A stretch of 64,000 nt of DNA from assembly GCA_036376635.1 (NCBI GenBank), contig DASUZY010000052.1, forward strand, positions 7,905-71,904, in the 5' to 3' direction. A model generated the notes under the pieces. The model saw nothing but the letters and a program-made list of their open reading frames with translations. It was not told where the DNA came from and did not search any database. Below are positions 58,344-64,000 of the stretch, one piece after another; within the stretch, counting starts at the first letter, position 1, and each line of letters opens with the position of its first letter. The stretch is from Sphingomicrobium sp. Its GTDB lineage: Bacteria; Pseudomonadota; Alphaproteobacteria; Sphingomonadales; Sphingomonadaceae. A program made the translations under genes and the position numbers.

Positions 58344-61300
58344 ATGACGGCCCATACGCGCCTGGACCCGCCCTTGGTCGAGTCAATCAGAAAGGCGCTC
58401 ACAGGAAACGCGCTTCCCGGAGAAACCCAGGGACTCGGCCGGGACGATGAGCGACAGGCCGCGGAATTCCTCGCCGAGGTCGCGTCCAAGCGGAAGCGGG
58501 GCGAACTTGCGGTCTCGATCGAATCGATTGGCGGTGAGGCTGGCAACCGCCGGATGCGGATCGCCATCGTCAACGACGACATGCCCTTCCTGGTCGATTC
58601 CGTCGCCAATGCGGTCGCCGCTCGCCAGCTGACCATCCATCGTCTTCTTCACCCTGTGGTCTGCGTGACCCGGGATTCTTCTGGGGAGTTACAATCGGTC
58701 GAGCCTCTGTGCGGTGACAAGAACCGCCGGGAATCGATGATGTATCTCGAGCTCGATCGCGCCGATGCCCGCGGGCGGCAGGAACTCGCGGCGGATCTCC
58801 GCCGGGTGCTCGAGGACGTGCGGCTCGCGGTTCGCGACTGGGAATCGCTTCAGCGCCGGATGCGCGAGGACGCAAAGGCGATCGAGGAGCCCGAAGGCGC
58901 GGCGCTGCTCAACTGGTTCGCCGACGGCGCGATGACTCTACTCGGTTATCACGTGGAAAAGCCGACCGGCGCGCCGTCCGAGGCACTCGGCATATTCAGC
59001 GTACCCGGCGCTCCAACCGACGAAGGCGGAGCCATCGGCGCGATGCGCTATTTCGAGCGCGGCGGCGACGTTCCGCTGGTGGCGAAGGCCGAACGGATTG
59101 CAACGGTTCACCGCCGTGTGCCGCTCGACCTCGTGGTCGTGCCGATAAAGACGGGCAAGAAGGTGACCGCGATTGGCGTTCACGCGGGTCTGTGGACCAG
59201 CGAGGCCCTGCGCGTTCCGCCCGGCGGCGTTCCGGTTCTTCGCGAGCGGCTGAAGCAACTCGACAAGGACTTCGGATTCGATCCGAAGGGCCATTCGGGC
59301 AAGGCGCTGAGGCACGCAATTGCGTCGCTTCCGCGCGATCTCGTCATTGCCATCGACTATGATTGCCTGCGCGAGCTGGTGATGATGGCAATGTCGCTCG
59401 CCGATCGGCCGCGTCCGGCACTGGTGCAGGTCCGGTCGATCCTGAAGGCGCAGCTGTTCACCTTCGTCTGGTTGCCGCGTGAGGAACTCAGCACGACACG
59501 CCGCATGGCGATCGGGCAGCTGCTCGAAAACGAAGTCGGCAAGAAGATCACCAGCTGGTCAGTCGAGCTCGGCGATGCCGACCTCGCGCTGATCCGCTAC
59601 ACCCAATATATCGACGAAGACGCCCCGATGCCCGATGCCGAGGGCCTGGATGCGGCGGTTGTCGAAATGGTCCGCGGCTGGGCGCCGGCGGTTGAATCGG
59701 ACCTGATCGATGCCGCCGGGGCACCGCGCGCGACGCGCCTGGCGCTGACCTACATCAACAGCTTCCCTGACAGCTATCGCGCGCGAACGGCGCCGGAAGA
59801 GGGTGCCGCCGACATTCTCCGCCTTTGCGAGCTCGACGGCGAGAATGACCGCGCGGTCCGGATTTCCCGTTTTGATGCCGACGCTCGCGGGCAGCTTCGC
59901 CTGAAGACATATCGACGCGGCGGCCTGATCCCGCTGTCGGATGTCGTCCCGGTGCTGGAGAACTTCGGATTCCGGGTGCTCGAGGAATTTCCCTCGGCTT
60001 TGTCCGGCGGACTCGGATACATCCACGATTTCCGCGTGGAAGTCGGCGAAGAAGCCGACCTTAAGGCGATCCTCGCGCGAAGGGACGAAATCGAACGCGC
60101 CATCGCCAACGTCCTGTGCGGCACGGCGGAAGATGATGAGTTCAATCAGCTCGTGCTCTACGCTGGTCTCGACATGCGGCCCGTGGTCTGGCTCCGCTCC
60201 TGGTTCAGGTACCTTCGCCAGACCGGAAGCAGCTTCAGCCTGGTTACCGTCGTCGATGCGCTTCGCCGCGCGCCTAACGCCACCGCTGCGCTGATCGGCC
60301 TGTTCGTCGCGGCGCACGAACCCGCAGTGCAGGGCGGCGAAACCAATATCGAGAAGTTCGCTGATCAGCTCGACCGAAGCCTCGCCAAGGTTCGATCGAT
60401 CGACGACGACCGGATCCTCAGGCGACTGCGCGCGCTGATCGAGGCGATCGTACGGACCAACGCGTTCGCTCCGGCCGCCGAGGAAGCGCTGGCCTTCAAG
60501 ATCAATTCCTCGATGGTTCCCGGCCTACCGGCGCCAGTGCCGTGGCGCGAGATCTGGGTCTATTCGCCGCGCATCGAAGGTATTCACCTCCGTGGCGGAC
60601 CGGTCGCTCGCGGCGGCCTTCGCTGGTCGGATCGGCGCGACGACTTCCGCACCGAAATCCTGGGCCTGATGAAGGCGCAGGTCGTGAAGAACGCGGTCAT
60701 CGTTCCGACCGGCGCAAAGGGCGGTTTCTATCCCAAACAACTTCCGCCTATCTCGGATCGCGACGCGTGGCTGGCGGAGGGTACAGAAAGCTACCGGATC
60801 TTCATCCGGTCGCTGCTGTCGGTGACCGACAATCTGGTGAACGACAAGGTCGTTCATCCGGAACGCGTCGTCATTCTGGACGGTGACGATCCATATTTCG
60901 TGGTGGCTGCCGACAAGGGCACTGCAACCTTCTCCGATGTCGCCAACGAAATCGCGCTGTCGCGCAATTTCTGGCTCGGCGATGCGTTCGCCAGCGGCGG
61001 TTCGCACGGATACGACCACAAGGCGATGGGCATCACCGCCAAGGGTGCCTGGATCTCCGTCCAGCGGCATTTCCTCGAAATGGGCGTCGATGTTCAGAGC
61101 GACGATGTGACGGTCGCCGGCTGCGGTGACATGTCGGGCGATGTGTTCGGCAACGGCATGCTGCTGTCGAAATCGATCCGGCTGCTCGCAGCATTCGATC
61201 ACCGCCACATCTTCATCGATCCCAACCCGAATGCCGCAGCCAGCTGGAAAGAGCGCAAGCGGATGTTTGAGCTGCCGCGCTCTAGCTGGGACGAGTACGA

Positions 61301-62984
61301 CAAGAAGCTGATCAGCAAGGGCGGCGGGGTGTGGCCACGCACCGAGAAATCGATTCCGCTTAGCGCCGAAGCACGCGAGGCTCTCGGGATCGAGGCCAAG
61401 GCGCTCGACCCCGCGAGCCTGATCAACGCCATCCTAAAGAGCCCCGTCGATCTTCTGTGGTTCGGCGGAATCGGCACCTATGTGAAGGCTTCGAACCAGA
61501 GTCAGGCGGATGTTGGCGACCCATCCAACGACGCACTCCGAGTCAGTGCCGACGAGCTTCGCGCAAAGGTGATCGGCGAAGGCGCCAACCTCGGCATCAC
61601 CCAGGCCGCGCGCATCGAGTTCGCCGAGCGTGGCGGACGCATCAACACGGACTTCATCGACAATAGCGCAGGCGTCGATTGCTCGGACAATGAGGTGAAC
61701 ATCAAGATCCCGCTCAATCGGGAGATGCGCGAGGGGCGGCTCGATTTCGACAAGCGCAATGCCTTGCTCGCAAAAATGACCGAAGATGTCGCCGAGATCG
61801 TGCTTGAGGATAATCGCCTGCAAACGCTCGCGCTGTCGATCGCCGAGGCGGGGGGAGCGACCATGCTTCCGGCGAACGTCCGTACGATCGAGTTGCTCGA
61901 GGCTTCCGGCCGGCTCGATCGCAAGGTGGAAGGGCTTGGCACCAGCGAAGAGCTGTTGCGCCGTTCCCAGGAAAATCGCGGCCTGACCCGTCCCGAGTTG
62001 GCCGTCGTGCTCTCTGTATCCAAGCTCGTGCTTCAGGATGCCGCCGAGGAGCTTGAGCTCGCCGAGGACGCAATCGTCGGGCCGCAGCTGTTTGACGCAT
62101 TCCCAAGGGCAATGCGGAAGACCGAGGCTGACGCCATCCGCGCACACCGGCTGCGCAACGAGATCGTCGCGACCAAGGTCGCGAACCGCCTCGTCAACCG
62201 CCTGGGTCCTGGCGTGGCTTACGACCTGGTCGAAGAAGAAGGCGTTTCACTGCAGCAGGTGGTCGCCGCGTTCCTCGTTGCAGAACGCCTCCTCAATCTC
62301 GACGCCCTGTGGTCCGAGATCGAAAAGGACGAACTTCCTGAGACCGTCCGCATCGAGCTCTTCTCGATCGCCGCCGCGAGCGTTCGGGCGCATTTGTCCG
62401 ACATCATCCGGGCTGGCGGTGGCGAGACCAGTGTCGAGAAGCTTTGCGCTCTGCTCGAACCGGGGGTCCGCAAGATTTCGGCCGCGGCGGCAAAACTGAT
62501 CCGCTCCGAGGTGAAGAACGAAGCCACCGCGCGCCGCGACCGGCTGATCGCGCTTGGCGCGAACGAGGACATCGTCCGCGGCCTCGTTCGGCTGTTCGAG
62601 CTCGACGGCGTGTTCGGCGTTGCCGCGCTTGCTGCACACAACAAGCTCGATGAGTTCGAGGCGACGCGTGCTTACACACGGCTCGGTGAGGCGCTCGGGC
62701 TCGACTGGGCGCAGCAGCAGGTTGCCCGCTTCGTCCCGGCCGATCAGTGGGAGCGTCTGCTGACCGCCGGCCTGGCGCGTGATTTCGAGCAGCTTCGAAT
62801 TGAGTTTCTCGGACGTTGCCGTGGCAAGCAGGTCGATGAAGGCGTTGAGGACTGGGTCGGCAAGCACGGCGAGCGCATTGCCCAATTCCGCGATCTCATC
62901 GCGCGGGCGCGCAGCGAGGGCCATGTCAGCGCCCCGATGCTGGCACAGATCGCGGGGCAGGCGCGCATCCTTCTCACGCGATGA
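58344..62984 (+). CDS. gdhB: Large NAD-specific glutamate dehydrogenase
   Basis: 1546 aa; RGGLRWSDR, KNAVIVP.GAKGGF, YFVVAADKGTATFSD, GDMSGDVFGNG, NTDFIDNSAGVDCSD. Confidence 0.93.
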   Translation: MTAHTRLDPPLVESIRKALTGNALPGETQGLGRDDERQAAEFLAEVASKRKRGELAVSIESIGGEAGNRRMRIAIVNDDMPFLVDSVANAVAARQLTIHRLLHPVVCVTRDSSGELQSVEPLCGDKNRRESMMYLELDRADARGRQELAADLRRVLEDVRLAVRDWESLQRRMREDAKAIEEPEGAALLNWFADGAMTLLGYHVEKPTGAPSEALGIFSVPGAPTDEGGAIGAMRYFERGGDVPLVAKAERIATVHRRVPLDLVVVPIKTGKKVTAIGVHAGLWTSEALRVPPGGVPVLRERLKQLDKDFGFDPKGHSGKALRHAIASLPRDLVIAIDYDCLRELVMMAMSLADRPRPALVQVRSILKAQLFTFVWLPREELSTTRRMAIGQLLENEVGKKITSWSVELGDADLALIRYTQYIDEDAPMPDAEGLDAAVVEMVRGWAPAVESDLIDAAGAPRATRLALTYINSFPDSYRARTAPEEGAADILRLCELDGENDRAVRISRFDADARGQLRLKTYRRGGLIPLSDVVPVLENFGFRVLEEFPSALSGGLGYIHDFRVEVGEEADLKAILARRDEIERAIANVLCGTAEDDEFNQLVLYAGLDMRPVVWLRSWFRYLRQTGSSFSLVTVVDALRRAPNATAALIGLFVAAHEPAVQGGETNIEKFADQLDRSLAKVRSIDDDRILRRLRALIEAIVRTNAFAPAAEEALAFKINSSMVPGLPAPVPWREIWVYSPRIEGIHLRGGPVARGGLRWSDRRDDFRTEILGLMKAQVVKNAVIVPTGAKGGFYPKQLPPISDRDAWLAEGTESYRIFIRSLLSVTDNLVNDKVVHPERVVILDGDDPYFVVAADKGTATFSDVANEIALSRNFWLGDAFASGGSHGYDHKAMGITAKGAWISVQRHFLEMGVDVQSDDVTVAGCGDMSGDVFGNGMLLSKSIRLLAAFDHRHIFIDPNPNAAASWKERKRMFELPRSSWDEYDKKLISKGGGVWPRTEKSIPLSAEAREALGIEAKALDPASLINAILKSPVDLLWFGGIGTYVKASNQSQADVGDPSNDALRVSADELRAKVIGEGANLGITQAARIEFAERGGRINTDFIDNSAGVDCSDNEVNIKIPLNREMREGRLDFDKRNALLAKMTEDVAEIVLEDNRLQTLALSIAEAGGATMLPANVRTIELLEASGRLDRKVEGLGTSEELLRRSQENRGLTRPELAVVLSVSKLVLQDAAEELELAEDAIVGPQLFDAFPRAMRKTEADAIRAHRLRNEIVATKVANRLVNRLGPGVAYDLVEEEGVSLQQVVAAFLVAERLLNLDALWSEIEKDELPETVRIELFSIAAASVRAHLSDIIRAGGGETSVEKLCALLEPGVRKISAAAAKLIRSEVKNEATARRDRLIALGANEDIVRGLVRLFELDGVFGVAALAAHNKLDEFEATRAYTRLGEALGLDWAQQQVARFVPADQWERLLTAGLARDFEQLRIEFLGRCRGKQVDEGVEDWVGKHGERIAQFRDLIARARSEGHVSAPMLAQIAGQARILLTR

Positions 62985-63847
62985 CCCGCATCGCCGTTCT
63001 CGTGCCCGATCCGGATTATCCGGAGCCGTGGCGCTGGACTTACGACCCGCAGGCCAAGGCACTGCAGGCTGTAGGCGCGGACGTCGAGCCGATCGCCTGG
63101 ACGGGCATAGGGGATGTCTCCGCTTTCGATCTGATCCTGCCGCTGGTCGCGTGGGGCTATCATACCGACTATCCGCGCTGGCTCGCGCTTCTCGATCGTG
63201 CCGAAGCCGAGCGCTGGCCGATGATCAACCCGCCGGAATTGCTTCGGTGGAACGGCGACAAGGCTTACCTTGCCGAGCTCGCCAGCCTCGGCGTTTCGAC
63301 CGTTCCTACGCTTGCCGTGGAATCCTGCTCTGACGCCGACCTTGAGCAGGCGCGGCGCGAGTTCGGAACCGATTGGCTGGTGATCAAGCCGCCCGTCTCG
63401 GCGAGCGCCATGGGCACGCACCGACTGGGGCCAAGCGATGATTTGCCGAAGGACAGCGCGCGCCGTCCGATGATCGTCCAGCCGTTGCTCGAGGAGATCG
63501 GCCGGACCGGCGAGTTTTCCCTGATGCTGTTTGGCGGCGACTACAGCCATGCAGTCGTCAAGCGTCCCAAGTCGGGCGACTTCCGAGTTCAGGAATATCA
63601 CGGCGGGGTGACGACAGCCTGCAACGCTCCGCCGGCTGGCGCCATCGAGCTTGCGCAGCAGGCGCTTGCGGCGGCTCCGGCGAGAGCAACCTACGCTCGC
63701 GTCGACATCGTTCCGGACGACGGGGGCACCTTGCGGATCATGGAGCTGGAGCTGATCGAGCCCTCACTCTTCCTGGACCAGGTTCCCGCGGCTTCGGCGG
63801 CCTTCAGTCGGGCGATCCTGAGCTCCGCTCGAACAGCCACTGCCTGA
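62981..63847 (+). CDS. ATP-grasp (RimK/glutathione synthetase-like) protein
   Basis: RWNGDKAYL, VIKP.VSASA, GDFRVQ, YARVDIV, MELELIEPSLF; 4-nt overlap with the gdh stop. Confidence 0.82.
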   Translation: MTRIAVLVPDPDYPEPWRWTYDPQAKALQAVGADVEPIAWTGIGDVSAFDLILPLVAWGYHTDYPRWLALLDRAEAERWPMINPPELLRWNGDKAYLAELASLGVSTVPTLAVESCSDADLEQARREFGTDWLVIKPPVSASAMGTHRLGPSDDLPKDSARRPMIVQPLLEEIGRTGEFSLMLFGGDYSHAVVKRPKSGDFRVQEYHGGVTTACNAPPAGAIELAQQALAAAPARATYARVDIVPDDGGTLRIMELELIEPSLFLDQVPAASAAFSRAILSSARTATA

Positions 63848-64000
63848 TCGCTGAAGTGAGGTTGGGCGGCTCACTTGCATCGAGCCGGAGGACGTCGATC
63901 TCGGCGACCAGCGCGTTCAAAGGGCAACCTCGCTCGCGCGCGGCGGCGTCAAGGGCGCGCCAGAACATCGGCTCCAGGCTGATCGAGGTCTGGTGCCCGG
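63804..64000 (-). CDS. Ribbon-helix-helix (RHH_4-like) protein, 3' part only (not in the ORF track)
   Basis: Own translation GHQTSISLEPMFWRALD...LNALVAEID...NLTSAIRQWL...stop at 63804. Confidence 0.8.
   Translation of the reverse strand, partial: GHQTSISLEPMFWRALDAAARERGCPLNALVAEIDVLRLDASEPPNLTSAIRQWLFERSSGSPD

Overview
A GC-rich alphaproteobacterial chromosomal window, most consistent with a Sphingomonadales genome (inferred from gene content and order; no rRNA marker is present). It holds about 50 CDSs and 3 tRNAs (Pro-CGG, Thr-GGT, Thr-CGT). I found no integrase, transposase or CRISPR array. Housekeeping genes include purD/xseA, clpB, a ptrB-thioesterase-maiA-aldolase-lldD run, a CzcA-type RND pump, hmgA-fahA, a ketopantoate reductase and a large NAD-glutamate dehydrogenase. 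The most unusual part is 5966-20372. Three ~1000-aa TonB-dependent receptors (TBDRs) flank a TPR-sulfotransferase, a prolyl-4-hydroxylase-like 2OG-Fe(II) oxygenase and a degenerate sulfotransferase-like protein. All three TBDRs carry the same Pro-flanked C-x11-C micro-module. It is N-terminal in TBDR1. In TBDR2 and TBDR3 it lies in a ~60-aa polyproline tail after the last barrel strand that ends in APAPERG; the 17-aa core is identical in the two and differs only at synonymous sites. Secondary points of interest are an obligate head-to-head purD/xseA overlap with a possible ATC start, a barrel-cupredoxin-GGDEF/EAL cassette after tRNA-Pro, and a GH18-NodB-GT2 fusion facing a sulfotransferase. 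All family assignments come from motif recognition by eye; no database searches were run.
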